Positions 13,955 to 27,975 of a stretch of 64,000 nucleotides of DNA are shown here, one piece after another; within the stretch, counting starts at the first letter, position 1, and every line of letters starts with the position of its first letter. The position numbers were made by a program, and so were the translations under genes. A model generated the notes under the pieces. It did not search any database. It was given only the letters and a program-made list of their open reading frames with translations, and was not told the origin of the DNA. Location: assembly GCA_964016885.1 (NCBI GenBank), contig OZ024741.1, positions 14,880,001-14,944,000 of the forward strand. Direction: 5' to 3'. This DNA comes from Eledone cirrhosa. Lineage: Eukaryota.

Positions 13955-14130
13955 CGATCAGCTGGAAGGAGGACATTAGCATAATTGGTCATATGTGAAT
14001 CAATGATGGCGGCATTCCGAAAAGGCTGAGAGGGAAACTAAGCGTTGCTCGGCTGGAATTAGTTACCATTCTGACATTCGGCATTCGAATGTGAAGGGAA
14101 TTTGTAGGGATATATGTCTGGAAGAGAAGT
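13955..14130 (+). mobile_element. Decayed RTE-like LINE C-terminal fragment
   Basis: Translates to INDGGIPKRLRGKL, resembling the RTE motif R+xDGRIPKxLLxGEL downstream of the RT. Confidence 0.4.
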
Positions 14131-14399
14131 AATATCCAATAAAAGAACACGATGGGGGAAAGAGAGAGAGAGAGAAAGAGTGAAAGATAAAGAATAAGGG
14201 AGTGAGACACAGTAGAAAATAGCATGAGAGGGAATAGTGAGCAACAGAGAAGAACTATTCTACATATAAGAGAAGAGAAGAATGAAGGAAATACAAAAGA
14301 GAGGAGGGGGTAGAAGAGAAGAAGGGGAGAAAAAGAAAAAAAGAAGACGGGCGGCAGAGACGGAAAGGAAAAAAGAAAAAAAAGGAAGGAAGAAAGGTA

Positions 14400-17300
14400 A
14401 AAAGAAAGGGAAGAAGGGAAATTAGAAAGAGTCAGGGAAGAAGGGAAATTAGAAAGGGAGAAAACAAGGAAATAAGGAAAATAAGAAAGAGGGAGAAAAC
14501 AAGGAAATAAGGAAAATAAGAAAGAGGGAGAAAACAAGGAAATGAGGGAAATAAGAAAGAGGGAGAAAAGAAGGAAAGAAGGGAAATAAGAAAGAGTGAG
14601 AGATGAAGGAAAGAAGGGAAATAAGAAAGAGTGAGAGATGAAGGAAAGAAGGGAAATTAGAAAGAGTGAGAGATGAAGGAAAGAAGGGAATAAGAAAGAG
14701 GGAGAGATGAAGAAAAGAAGGGAAATAAGAAAGAGTGAGAGATGAAGGAAAGAAGAGAAATTAGAAAGAGTGAGAGATGAAGGAAAGAAGGGAAATAAGA
14801 AAGAAGGGGAGATGAAGGAAAGAAGGGAAATAAGAAAGAGGGAGAGATGAAGAAAAGAAGGGAAATAAGAAAGTGTGAGAGATGAAGGAAAGAAGGGAAA
14901 TTAGAAAGAGTTAGAGATAAAGGAAAGAAGGGAAATAAGAAAGAGGGACGAAAGAAGGAAAGAAGGGAAATAAGAAAGAGGGAGAAAAGAAGGAAAGAAG
15001 GGAAATAAGAAAGAGTGAGAGATAAAGGAAAGAAGGGAAATAAGAAAGAGTGAGAGATGAAGCAAAGAAGGGAAATACGAATGAGGGAGAGATGAAGGAA
15101 AGAAGGGAAATAAGAAAGAGGGAGAGATGAAGAAAAGAAGGGAAATAAGAAAGAGTGAGAGAGGAAGAAAAGAAGGGAAATAAGAAAGAGAGAGAGATGA
15201 AGGAAAGAAGGGAAATAAGAAAGAGTGAGAGATGAAGGCAAGAAGGGAAATAAGAAAGAGGGAGAGATGAAGGAAAGAAGGGAAATAAGAAAGAGTGAGA
15301 GATGAAGGAAAGAAGGGAAATAAGAAAGAGGGAGAGATGAAGGAAAGAAGGGAATAAGAAAGAGGGAGAAAAGAAGGAAAGAAGGGAAATAAGAAAGAGT
15401 GAGAGATGAAGGAAAGAAGGGAAATAAGAAAGAGGGAGAAACGACGGAAAGAAAGGAAATAAGAAAGAGTGAGAGATGAAGGAAAGAAGGGAAATAAGAA
15501 AGAGAGAGAGATGAAGGAAAGAAGGGAAATAAGAAAGAGTGAGAGATGAAGGAAAGAAGGGAAATTAGAAAGAGTGAGAGATAAAGGAAAGAAGGAAAAT
15601 AAGAAAGAGGGAGAGATGAAGGAAAGAAGGGAAATAAGAAAAGAAGGAAAATAAGAAAGAGGGACAAAAGAAGGAAAGAAGGGAAATAAGAAAGAGGGAG
15701 AAAAGAAGGAAAAAAGGGAAATAAGAAAGATTGAGAAAAGAAGGAAAGAAGGGAAATAATAAAGAGTGAGAGATGAAGGAAAGAAGGGAAATAAAAGAAG
15801 AGGGAGAAAAGAAGGAAAGAAGGGAAATAAGAAAGAGGGAGAGATGAAGGAAAGAAGGGAAATAAGAAAGAGGGAGAAAAGAAGGAAAGAAGGGAAATAA
15901 GAAAGAGTGAGAGATGAAGGAAAGAAGGGAAATAAGAAAGAGGGAGAAACGACGGAAAGAAAGGAAATAAGAAAGAGTGAGAGATGAAGGAAAGAAGGGA
16001 AATAAGAAAGAGTGAGAGATGAAGGAAAGAACGGAAATAAGAAAGAGGGAGAGATGAAGGAAAGAAGGGAAATAAGAAAGAGGGAGAGATGAAGGAAAGA
16101 AGGGAAATAAGAAAGAGGGAGAGATGAAGGAAAGAAGGGAAATAAGAAAGAGGGAGAGATGAAGGAAAGAAGGGAAATAAGAAAGAGGGAGAGATGAAGG
16201 AAAGAAGGGAAATAAGAAAGAGGGAGAGATGAAGGAAAGAAGGGAAATAAGAAAGAGGGAGAGATGAAGGAAAGAAGGGAAATAAGAAAGAGGGAGAAAC
16301 GACGGAAAGAAAGGAAATAAGAAAGAGTGAGAGATGAAGGAAAGAAGGGAAATAAGAAAGAGTGAGAGATGAAGGAAAGAACGGAAATAAGAAAGAGTGA
16401 GAGATGAAGGAAAGGAGGGAAATAAGAAAGAGTGAGAGATGAAGGAAAGAAGGGAAATAAAAGAAGAGGGAGAAAAGAAGGAAAGAAGGGAAATAAGAAA
16501 GAGGGAGAGATGAAGGAAAGAAGGGAAATAAGAAAGAGGGAGAAAAGAAGGAAAGAAGGGAAATAAGAAAGAGTGAGAGATGAAGGAAAGAAGGGAAATA
16601 AGAAAGAGGGAGAAACGACGGAAAGAAAGGAAATAAGAAAGAGTGAGAGATGAAGGAAAGAAGGGAAATAAGAAAGAGTGAGAGATGAAGGAAAGAACGG
16701 AAATAAGAAAGAGTGAGAGATGAAGGAAAGGAGGGAAATAAGAAAGAGTGAGAGATGAAGGAAAGAAGGTAAATAAAAGAAGAGGGAGAAAAGAAGGAAA
16801 GAAGGGAAATAAGAAAGAGGGAGAGATGAAGGAAAGAAGGGAAATAAGAAAGAGGGAGAAAAGAAGGAAAGAAGGGAAATAAGAAAGAGTGAGAGATGAA
16901 GGAAAGAAGGGAAATAAGAAAGAAGGAGAAACGACGGAAAGAAAGGAAATAAGAAAGAAGGAGAGATGAATGAAAGAAGGGAAATAAGAAATAGTGAGAG
17001 GTGAAGGAAAGAAGGGAAATAAGAAAGAGGGAGAGATGAAGGAAAGAAGGGAAATAAGAAAGAGGGAGAGATGAAGGAAAGAAGGGAAATAAGAAAGAGA
17101 GATGAAGGAAAGAAGGGAAATAAGAAAGAGTGAGAGATGAAGGAAAGAAGGGAAATTAGAAAGAGTGAGAGATAAAGGAAAGAAGGAAAATAAGAAAGAG
17201 GGACAAAAGAAGGAAAGAAGGGAAATAAGAAAGAGGGAGAAAAGAAGGAAAAAGGGAAATAAGAAAGAGTGAGAAAAGAAGGAAAGAAGGGAAATAATAA

Positions 17301-18813
17301 AGAGTGAGAGATGAAGGAAAGAAGGTAAATAAAAAAAGAGGGAGAAAAGAAGGAAAGAAGGGAAATAAGAAAGAGGGAGAGATGAAGGAAAGAAGGGAAA
17401 TAAGAAAGAGTGAGAGATGAAGGAAAGAAGGGAAATACGAAAGAGGGAGAAAAGAAGGAAAGAAGGGAAATAAGAAAGAGTGAGAGATGAAGGAAAGAAG
17501 GGAAATAAGAAAGAGGGAGAAACGACGGAAAGAAAGGAAATAAGAAAGAGTGAGAGATGAAGGAAAGAAGGGAAATAAGAAAGAGTGAGAGATGAAGGAA
17601 AGAACGGAAATAAGAAAGAGTGAGAGATGAAGGAAAGGAGGGAAATAAGAAAGAGTGAGAGATGAAGAAATGGAAGGAAATAAGAAAGAGGGAGAGATGA
17701 AGGAAAGAAGGGAAATAAGAAAATGGGAGAGATGAAGGAAAGAAGGGAAATAAGAATGAGGGAGAGATGAAGGAAAGAAGGGAAATAAGAAAGAGGGAGG
17801 AAAGAAGGGAAATAAGAAAGAGTAGAGATGAAGGAAAGAAAGGAAATAAGAAAGAGGGAGAGATGAAGGAAAGAAAGGAAATAAGAAAGAGGGAGAGATG
17901 AAGGAAAGAAGGGAAATAAACAAGAGGGAGAGATGAAGAAAAGAAGGGAAATAAGAAAGAGTGAGAGATGAAGGAAAGAAGGGAAATAAGAAAGAGTGAG
18001 AGATGAAGGAAAGAAGGGAAATAAGAAAGAGTGAGAAAAGAAGGAAAGAAGGGAAATAAGAAAGAAGGAGAGATGAAGGAAAAAAGGGAAATAAGAAAGA
18101 AGGAGAGATGAAGGAAAGAAGGGAAATAAGAAAGATTGAGAGATGAAGGAAAGAAGGGAAATAAGAAAGAAGGAGAGATGAAGGAAAGAAGGGAAATAAG
18201 AAAGAGTGAGAGATGAAGGAAAGAAGGGAAATAAGAAAGAAGGAGAGATGAAGGAAAGAAGGGAAATAAGAAAGAAGGAGAGATGAAGGAAAGAAGGGAA
18301 ATAAGAAAGAGGGAGAGATGAAAGAACGAAGGGAAATAAGAAAGAGTGAGAGATGAAGGAAAGAAGGGAAATAAGAAAGAAGGAGAGATGAAGGAAAGAA
18401 GGGAAATAAGAAAGAAGGAGAGATGAAGGAAAGAAGGGAAATAAGAAAGAGGGAGAGATGAAAGAACGAAGGGAAATAAGAAAGAGTGAGAGATGAAGGA
18501 AAGAAGGGAAATAAGAAAGAAGGAGAGATGAAGGAAAGAAGGGAAATAAGAAAGAAGGAGAGATGAAGGAAAGAAGGGAAATAAGAAAGAGTGAGAGATA
18601 AAGGAAAGAAGGGAAATAAGAAAGAGTGAGAGATGAAGGAAAGAAGGGAATAAGAAAGAGGGAGAGATGAAGGAAACAAGGGAAATAAGAAAGAGTGAGA
18701 GATGAAGGAAAGAAGGGAAATAAGAAAGAAGGAGAGATGAAGGAAAGAAGGGAAATAAGAAAGAGTGAGAAAAGAAGGAAAGAAGGGAAATAAGAAAGAG
18801 TGAGAGATGAAGG
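14400..18813. repeat. 35-bp purine-rich satellite (GAGAGATGAAGGAAAGAAGGGAAATAAGAAAGAGT), ~125 copies
   Basis: 35-bp periodicity (AAGGAAAG at 14641 and 14676). Almost purely A/G on the plus strand. Source of the spurious 1127/507/336-aa ORFs. Confidence 0.97.
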
Positions 18814-18825
18814 ATATATATATAT

Positions 18826-19367
18826 GGTGGCTGCCAACTCGTTTTCGAGTACGGCCACTACTTTATATCCATGTACGAGAACTCCTACCAATGCGCTGAA
18901 CAAGTTTGACTTTTTAGTCCAGGCAGCGACTTGAAAATTCTGGTACAAACATTACACTTGTGACAATTATTGACACATAGGGCTGGGCCCTTGGTACCAT
19001 GTGACGACAAGTGCAGAGAGATCTCCAGATATAAAGCAATGCCTGTGCCGTGAAGCTTTTATAGTGAGCAAAGGCACTGCACAAAGCCAGTCCCACTCTC
19101 TTAACCAAGATGATATTTACCAAAAAGAAGAACAAGTCAACATCATTGGATACCATCAAGGTTGCAGGTCTTATATCTGAGTTTTCCTTCTCCTAGAATT
19201 CTGCCTTGACAAAGGCTAAGGGGTCATCTCTCCCGGTGATTTTGGATGGGCATTGACTCTTAAGAACTCCTTTGCCCTTTGACAGGTTTTGTTTTTAGTC
19301 CTGCAGGATGTCCAATGTCACCCTCCTCACCAAGAAACCTTGGTGGGGTTGCCAGTTTAGTCGCCAC
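18826..19367 (-). mobile_element. Family I dispersed repeat, inverted copy
   Basis: Reverse complement of the 5045-5441 and 5545-6058 copies. Confidence 0.8.
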
Positions 19368-19533
19368 ATATACATACATACACACCTACATACATACACA
19401 CATATACGCATATATATATATAATATACATATACATACATATACATACATATATATATATGTATATATATACATATACATATACATATATATACATATAC
19501 ATACTATATATATTTACATATACGTACATACAG

Positions 19534-19654
<121 letters not shown>

Positions 19655-19863
19655 TTCCGATCGTGTTAATGAGTGCACCCACATCGGAGTGGCCCCATGC
19701 CTACCACTGTAGAGACACTGTCGAGGTTTTTCGCCCACATCCCTTCTCTTCTCACCACACTGCTACTCCGTTCTCTCTGCCTGAATTACCTTCCCAGAAG
19801 TAACCTTGCTGCTATTGGTTTCGGTGTCGGCCTCGACAGCAGTGAAGTAACCCTCCTCATTGC

Positions 19864-20244
19864 ATATCAGTAGAGAATCGGACGCCATGCTTTAATGCAA
19901 AGAGTTACGTCCCTTTACGATCTGATTTCAAATCCAGCCGAGGTTAACTTTGCCTTTCACCCTTACAGGGTCGATAAAATAAAGTACCAGTAATGTACTG
20001 GGTAATTGCTGGCCTTGTGCCAAAAAAAGTAGAAACAATTATAATATCCTAGCAGAGCGGTGGGTTGGCAGTATCGGTAGTGGGTCGGACGCCATGCTTT
20101 GACGTATAGAGTTACGGCCCTTGCCATTCTGAGTTCAAATCCCGCCGAGGTCAACTTTGCTTTTCATCCTTACGGGGTCGATAAAATAAAGTACCAGTAA
20201 TGTACTGGGTAATTGCTGGCCTTGTGCCAAAAGTAGAAACAATT
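19864..20244 (+). mobile_element. Two tandem octopus-type tRNA-derived SINE copies
   Basis: A-box-like TGGCAGTATCGGTAG, B-box GAGTTCAAATCC, and conserved body GCCGAGGTCAACTTTGC...GGGGTCGATAAAATAAAGTACCAG. Confidence 0.85.
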
Positions 20245-20261
20245 ATTGTTTGAGGTGAGCT

Positions 20262-20640
20262 AAGCCTCTCATCTGGGATGCAACATATTGTTACACTTTC
20301 TCCGGTACCAACCACATCGCTTCAGCCCCCAACCCGAGCACCATCTCCAAAACACAGGCATCGCCTGACGTTTTCTGTTTCATACATGTCACCATTAAGA
20401 CTTTCGATCTCCTTGGTACCTAGACAGCCATAGAGGCTAGAAAGATTACTATATTCCCAGCAAAGACTGAGTATTTTCTATTTATACCTGTTGCCATCGA
20501 GACGTCCTGTTTCCCTATATCTAGAACTACACTTTACTCGGCAAAATCAAGAGGAGAACATTACTACGGAAGAGAGGCGTGAGGTGGAATAGCTGAAACG
20601 TAGAGTATCGCTGAATGTTTACCTCTACAATGTTTTTACT
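20262..20640 (+). mobile_element. Decayed CRE-like non-LTR retrotransposon, restriction-like endonuclease C-terminus
   Basis: Translates to KPLIWDATYCYTFSGTNHIASAPNP ... FIPVAIETS ... ERREVE*LKRRVSL, matching the WDAT/PVAIET/WLxQRxS pattern of CRE-type RLE domains. Confidence 0.6.
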
Positions 20641-20644
20641 ATCA

Positions 20645-20955
20645 TGTCCAGGGTGTTCACAGCATCTGAAGTATACACTGAAGTTAAAGGTGTATGTCTA
20701 GGGGTTTCCAGCCTCTGAGATATACACTAGCGCGTAAGGTGTATGTCCAGGGGTCACATCATCTGATATATACACTGACCAAAGGTGTATGTCTTGGGGT
20801 CACATCATCTGATATATACACTGAGCAAAGGTGTATGTCTTGGGGTCACATCATCTTATATATACACTGACCAGGAGCCACAGTAGCTGATATATACACT
20901 GACCAAAGGTGTAGTTCAGGGTTCCCCAACGTCTGAGATACACACTGAAACCAAA
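20645..20955. repeat. ~46-bp tandem repeat, ~6 diverged copies
   Basis: GGGTCACATCATCTGATATATACACTGACCAAAGGTGTATGTCTTG units (20751, 20797...). Confidence 0.85.
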
Positions 20956-21564
20956 GGATTCTCCTCTCCCCTCAAACCTTTTACAATTTATTGTTATTTT
21001 CTTTCAGTTCTCCTTCCTTGTGTCAGTTTGTAAGTTATATTCTTATTCTAATATTCAATAAAATATGTTACAGTTTACGTATTTAACGCAGTATTTAATT
21101 TATAAACTATTATCTCTTATATACCGAGAGGTAAAGAGGGTTATATATATACAGAGATAGAGATAGAGAAAGATATAGACAGAGAGAGAGAGAGTGACAG
21201 AGAGAGTGACAGAGAGAGAGCGAGAGAGAGAGAGAGATAGATGTGTGGAGGGGGGATAAACAAACAATGACATCGAAGTGTTTGATCAATCGATTGGATT
21301 GTTTACTTTTACTTATATAGAAGTATATGTAAATGGACGTATTGTAAAATAATATATTTCTTCATGGTACTGTTTTGTTTGCTTTGCTATTTCTGTTTGC
21401 CTTTTGCATGTATATATATATAATTATATATATATATATATATTTGTGTGTGTGTGTGTGGTTTTGTGTGTGTGCGCGTGTGTATGTGTGTATGTGTGTA
21501 TATATATATATATATACATATGATCGGAAAATGTAACATATTTTATCATATTTTACCTACTCTT

Positions 21565-21601
<37 letters not shown>

Positions 21602-21602
21602 A

Positions 21603-21665
<63 letters not shown>

Positions 21666-21693
21666 ATGTATATAAAATATATGTAAAAAAAAT

Positions 21694-21724
<31 letters not shown>

Positions 21725-21993
21725 ATATGTATATAAAATATATATAAAATATATATATATATATCCCTACATAAGCTCCATACATAAGCTCGCAGTCCTA
21801 CACACACTCGCTCACACTGTTCACCCCGGATCAAATCTTATGTTAACCAACTCATGGCAACCATGTTGTTTTATGTAGAAATATCAAAATTTAATTATTC
21901 CGAACCTTCTGGAATACGGTTTCACTTATGAAAGGTCAAACGGAATTTCAACATTCTTATTTGAAAACCTATCAACTACAACATTGAGATATA

Positions 21994-22245
21994 TGGTGGT
22001 GGTGGTGGTGGTGGTGATAGGGGTGGATGTGGTGGTGGTGGTGATAGGGGTGGATGTGGTGGTGGTGGTGTTTGTGGTGGTGGTGGTGATGGTGGTGGAG
22101 ATAGCGGTGGTGGTGGTGGTGGTGGTGGTGGTGGTGATAGGGGTGGATGTGGTGGTGGTGGTGATGGTGGTGGAGATAGCGGTGGTGGTGGTGGTGGTGG
22201 TGATGGTGGTGGTGGTGGAGATAGTGGTGGTGGTGGTGGTGGTGG

Positions 22246-22276
<31 letters not shown>

Positions 22277-22401
22277 GGTGTTTGTGGTGGTGGTGGTGAT
22301 GGTGGTGGAGATAGCGGTGGTGGTGGTGGTGGTGGTGGTGGTGATAGTGGTGGTGGTGGTGGTGGTGGTGGTGGTGGTGGTGGTGGTGGTGGTGGTGGTG
22401 G
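21994..22401. repeat. (GGT)n-derived low-complexity tract
   Basis: GGT runs with repeated GATAG interruptions. Confidence 0.9.
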
Positions 22402-22441
22402 AGACATTGAGAAGGAAGAAACCGCCACGAGTTTGTATATA

Positions 22442-22508
<67 letters not shown>

Positions 22509-22509
22509 T

Positions 22510-22622
<113 letters not shown>

Positions 22623-22623
22623 G

Positions 22624-22736
<113 letters not shown>

Positions 22737-22737
22737 G

Positions 22738-22768
<31 letters not shown>

Positions 22769-22836
22769 GTTGGCTTTTTGCTAAAATATTTTCTATACCT
22801 TTCATTTATATACATATATATATATATATATATATC

Positions 22837-22953
<117 letters not shown>

Positions 22954-23049
22954 CATATATATATATATATAAATATATATACAGTATATACATAATATAT
23001 GTATATACGTGCATATATATATATATATAATATATAATATATGTATATA

Positions 23050-23100
<51 letters not shown>

Positions 23101-23139
23101 GTATATATATGCACACACACACATATATATATATACACA

Positions 23140-23186
<47 letters not shown>

Positions 23187-23544
23187 GCATGTATATATAT
23201 TATATATGTACGTATATTTGTTTGTGAGTGAGGGTATGTGTCCGTGTATGTATGTGTGAGTGTGTATGTGTATGCGTCTGTGCGTGAGTGAGTGTATATG
23301 TGTCCGTGTGTGTGTGTGTGTGTGTGCGTCCGTGTGTATGTGTGTCAGTGTTTATATATGTAAATTACAGTGAAATAAAATTTGTCAATAAATGCTGTTG
23401 ATATTTTACCAAAATATTTATTAATGGCGGAAATAAAGATTGAAAGGTTCCGTGTTATTATTTTAATTTTAATTTTTATTGTTTTCTCTGAAATATTTAG
23501 CTGTAATGAGGGGTATGGGGGAAAACCAGACAAGTTATGTCAAT

Positions 23545-24330
23545 GTTGTTGTTGCTGTTATTGTTGTTGTTGTTGATGGTGGTGTTGTTAAAGCTGTTGT
23601 TGTTGTCATCGTTGTTGCTGTTACTGTTGTTGTTGTTGCTGTTGTTGCTGTCATCGTTATTGCTGTTACTGTTGTTGTTGTTGCTGTTGTTGCTGTCATC
23701 GTTGTTGCTGTTACTGTTGTTGTTGTTGCTGTTGTTGCTGTCATCGTTGTTGCTGTTACTGTTGTTGTTGTTATTGCTGTTACTGTTGTTGTTGTTATCG
23801 TTGTTTTTTTTCTCGTTTCTGTTGTTGTTGCTGCTGTTAACGCAGTCATCGTCGTTGTTGTTGGTCTGGCGGAGTTGTTGTTGTTGTTGTTTGTCTGACG
23901 GAGTTATTGTTGCAGTTGTGGTTGTTGTTGTTGGTCTGACGGAGTTATTGTTGCAGTTGTGGTTGTTGTTGTTGGTCTGACGGAGTTATTGTTGCAGTTG
24001 TTGTTGTTGGTCTGACGGAGTTATTGTTGCAGTTGTGGTTGTTGTTGTTGGTCTGACGGAGTTATTGTTGCAGTTGTTGTTGTTGTTGTTGGTCTGACTG
24101 AGTTATTGTTGCAGTTGTTATTGTTGTTGTTTGTCTGACGGAGTTATTGTTGCAGTTGTGGTTGTTGTTGTTTGTCTGACGGAGTTATTGTTGCAGTTGT
24201 TGTTGTTGTTGTTGGTCTGACGGAGTTATTGTTGCAGTTGTTGTTGTTGGTCTGACGGAGTTATTGTTGCAGTTGTTGTTATTGTTGTTGGTCTGACGGA
24301 GTTATTGTTGCAGTTGTTGTTGTTGTAGCT
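23545..24330. repeat. (GTT)n tract and compound minisatellite GGTCTGACGGAGTTATTGTTGCA-(GTT)n
   Basis: About 12 copies of a constant core separated by variable GTT runs from ~23860. Confidence 0.9.
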
Positions 24331-25618
24331 GCTGTCGTTGTTATTGTTGGTATTGTCGTCGTTGCTATATCTGTGTTTGTTTATTTGTTGTTGTTGTTAC
24401 AATATATGTGTTTGTTTGTTTATTTGTTGTTGTTGTTGTTTACCTAGATGTCACTTCTGATTCAGCAGATCTATGATCAAAGACGTCTCAACAGTGACCA
24501 TCCCGTCATTTTCTCTATGTACACGGAACACATGACTACATAAACAAAAGAACCTTCTTTTAAGACGGTAAGCTATGGAAGATTTGGCTGCTATTTCTAA
24601 CATGTGAAGCGACCAAGAAGAGGCACCGTCGTTGGTAGGAATACTTGGAAGTATTCAGCCTCGGTGTCTTTAGTTTATTTCATGTCTATTTCGCCTTTCA
24701 TTTATCGTATTTATGTGGAGAGGAACTGAGAATTTAAATAGTAATATTATATATTGGTGTCAAGGAACAGATTGGAGCTCATTCCCTTCATGCCAGCTTC
24801 AGATGTAAAAATAAAAAGTCACAAAAAGAGATAAAGAAATATTGATGCTTTCTCGTTGGATATTAATTTCTATATCTTGAAGATATTGACAAACATTTTC
24901 TCTGTATTTTTTTGTAGTTATCTTTTCTTGTATACTTTTCAACTTTTCCGAGGCCGTGAGAAGACAATTTAAGGGTGTCCAGACATCAAAGTTTAAAGCA
25001 CAATTTTTAATTCTACAAAATACTAAGCTCATCTTAGCTTTCCGAGTATCCACCCTCTCTCTTAAAATAAATGTAGCTTTCTGCAATCACAAACAATCTG
25101 TGGACAGAGAGCTGGAGTTAGCGCATATTAACTAGACACCAGTACATTACTGGTACTTAATATATGAGTGGCCCCCTCCTCATCTAACCAAACCAGAATC
25201 AATAAGGACGATGGACTAGATAAAATCTTGTCGTGTTCAGTTACATCTGTCGGGATCCAGGTGGTGGTATATGATATTACAATCATGAATGCCAGACTAA
25301 TACTACTGAGTCTGATATAACTACTTTAAACCGCCCTCCTGCCCAACAGTTGTGATATTGTACACACTTTAAACCCGATTATTATATAACTTTGATAGCT
25401 TTAGCTTGTCAGAATGGTTTAAAAAATAGGAAAAAATGCCTTGTGGTATTTGTTCCAGCTCTTCACATTCTCAGTTCAAATCTCACGAGAATCTGTTTGT
25501 TTTCGTATTTTCAGTTTTACTTTCTTTGTTAGTCTCTTTCTTCTTTATACACCTCCTTCGCCTTCACCTTCCTGTCCTCCTACATATACTCTTTTATATA
25601 CATTTATATACTCTTATA

Positions 25619-25671
<53 letters not shown>

Positions 25672-25679
25672 TCTTATAT

Positions 25680-27235
25680 ATATTTATTAAAATAACAGAT
25701 TAAAGTTTAAGCAAAGAATCGCTGCTTTCACCCTTAACGGGATCTTCTGAAACTAACAAAGTCAATCTGTAAACGCAGAACTGGATATTTCAAAAAACGT
25801 TGCAACCGGAGGAAGACAGGAAGACGATACTTTGGTTCGTGGTAACGTTCGCTGGCAAAGAACGGGAAAAAACGAATAATACGTCATTAATAGGAGCGGT
25901 GAAAAACAATTACGCGCAAAGACAAAACCACGTTTATGGTATAAAAGAGGTCGTAGACTAATGTTCTCTTAGGTGGTGCATAGAGACGTTCTCTGGCAAT
26001 GAACGAAAAAACGAAGATAATAAGTCATATGTGGAGCGTGGAGAACAATAGCACGCAAAGACAAAACCACGTAAATGGTATAGCAGAAATCGTAGACTAA
26101 AAATCTAACTAGGAGACCAAATGAATCTCCGCTACAGAGTTAAGAACAAAGTAAATAAATACAATACAGAAGTAATAGAAACAAATAAATACATACACGC
26201 AAACAGATACGTACATACACAAGCATACGCAAAACCTTATCATGGGTATACAAAACCACGCACATATAAATATGTGTGTGTGTGTGTGTGTATGCTTGTG
26301 TACAAATAAATAAATAATTATATAAACGTATATAAGTAAATAAATACGTATATAACAAGCGCACACGCATACGTACATATAAATACACGAATGTTCGGAG
26401 ACGTAAGTCAACTAAAACAAGAAGTACACATATACACACACGGTATTCGTGTATTTATATGTAGGTATGCGTGTGCGCTTGTTATATACGTATTTATTTA
26501 CTTATATACGTTTATATAATTATTTATTTATTTGTACACAAGCATACACACACGCACATATTTATATGTGCGTGGTTTTGTATACCCATGGTAAGGTTTT
26601 GCGTATGCTTGTGTATGTACGTATCTGTTTGCGTGTATGTATTTATTTGTTTCTATTACTTCTGTATTGTATTTATTTACTTTGTTCTTAACTCTGTAGC
26701 GGAGATTCATTTGGTCTCCTAGTTAGAATTTTAGTCTACGATTTCTGCTATACCATTTACGTGGTTTTGTCTTTGCGTGCTATTGTTCTCCACGCACCAC
26801 ATATGACTTATTATCTTCGTTTTTTCGTTCATTGCCAGAGAACGTCTCTATGCACCACCTAAGAGAACATTAGTCTACGACCTCTTTTATACCATAAACG
26901 TGGTTTTGTCTTTGCGCGTAATTGTTTTTCACCGCTCCTATTAATGACGTATTATTCGTTTTTTCCCGTTCTTTGCCAGCGAACGTTACCACGAACCAAA
27001 GTATCGTCTTCCTGTCTTCCTCCGGTTGCAACGTTTTTTGAAATATCCAGTTCTGCGTTTACAGATTGACTTTGTTAGTTTCAGAAGATCCCGTTAAGGG
27101 TGAAAGCAGCGATTCTTTGCTTAAACTTTAATCTGTTATTTTAATAAATATTTGCTCTACGGTTCTTATATATTTGATATATATTTTCCTTATCGAGCCC
27201 TCTTTGGATTTTAGTCTTCAATTTTATTATTATTA
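25680..27235 (+). mobile_element. Family F element: ~710-bp near-perfect inverted repeat plus 3' tail
   Basis: Arms 25680-26392 / 26445-27151, 52-bp spacer, unique tail 27152-27235. (TA)n flanks. Hammerhead-like relic at 27082-27112 and its mirror at 25719-25749. Confidence 0.85.
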
Positions 27236-27242
27236 CTATACT

Positions 27243-27280
<38 letters not shown>

Positions 27281-27309
27281 TAATCTCATATATACATATA
27301 TATATATAT

Positions 27310-27363
<54 letters not shown>

Positions 27364-27372
27364 CAATATATG

Positions 27373-27456
<84 letters not shown>

Positions 27457-27461
<5 letters not shown>

Positions 27462-27734
27462 TAACCGAGGTGTCCTACACGAGTGAAAGTATAAAGAAAA
27501 AAAGATGAAATCGAAAATGCAACTGGAGTGTTATTTAAAAAAATATATATATATATTTATTTGGTTCCTTTACCGGTTTCGCAGTTCTTCTGCTTTTCAA
27601 AAGTAGAGCTGAGATGGAGGGTCTGTGGTTTTTCTCACATCATGAGATGTGAGTAAAACCACAGACCCTCAAATAAATATATATATATTTTTTTAAATAA
27701 GACTCCAGTTGCATTTTCGATTTCATCTTTTTTT

Positions 27735-27741
<7 letters not shown>
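27457..27741 (-). mobile_element. Family G tail+fold-back element; right arm internally deleted
   Basis: Homologous to 37038-37832. Hammerhead variant on the minus strand at 27568-27603. Confidence 0.75.
27568..27603 (-). ncRNA. Minimal type I hammerhead ribozyme, U3-A8 core variant
   Basis: Minus strand: CTT-TTGAAAA-GCAG AAGAA CTGC-GAAA-CCGG-TA-AAG. Confidence 0.55.
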
Positions 27742-27819
<78 letters not shown>

Positions 27820-27830
27820 CAGACATACAT

Positions 27831-27885
<55 letters not shown>

Positions 27886-27925
27886 ATAATAATAATAAAT
27901 TTGAAGACTAAAATCTGTCATTTTA

Positions 27926-27975
<50 letters not shown>

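Noticed and set aside
15565-18948. 1127-aa, 507-aa and 336-aa F/S/L/P-rich ORFs
   Set aside because: Translations of the pyrimidine strand of a 35-bp satellite, open in several frames because stops are compositionally absent.
19805-19845. Minus-strand TGTCGA-GG..CC-GAAAC motif
   Set aside because: Needs several core changes and has no stem III. Too weak.
24799-25086. 95-aa non-repetitive ORF
   Set aside because: No recognisable motif and no ATG or splice support. Possibly decayed TE sequence.
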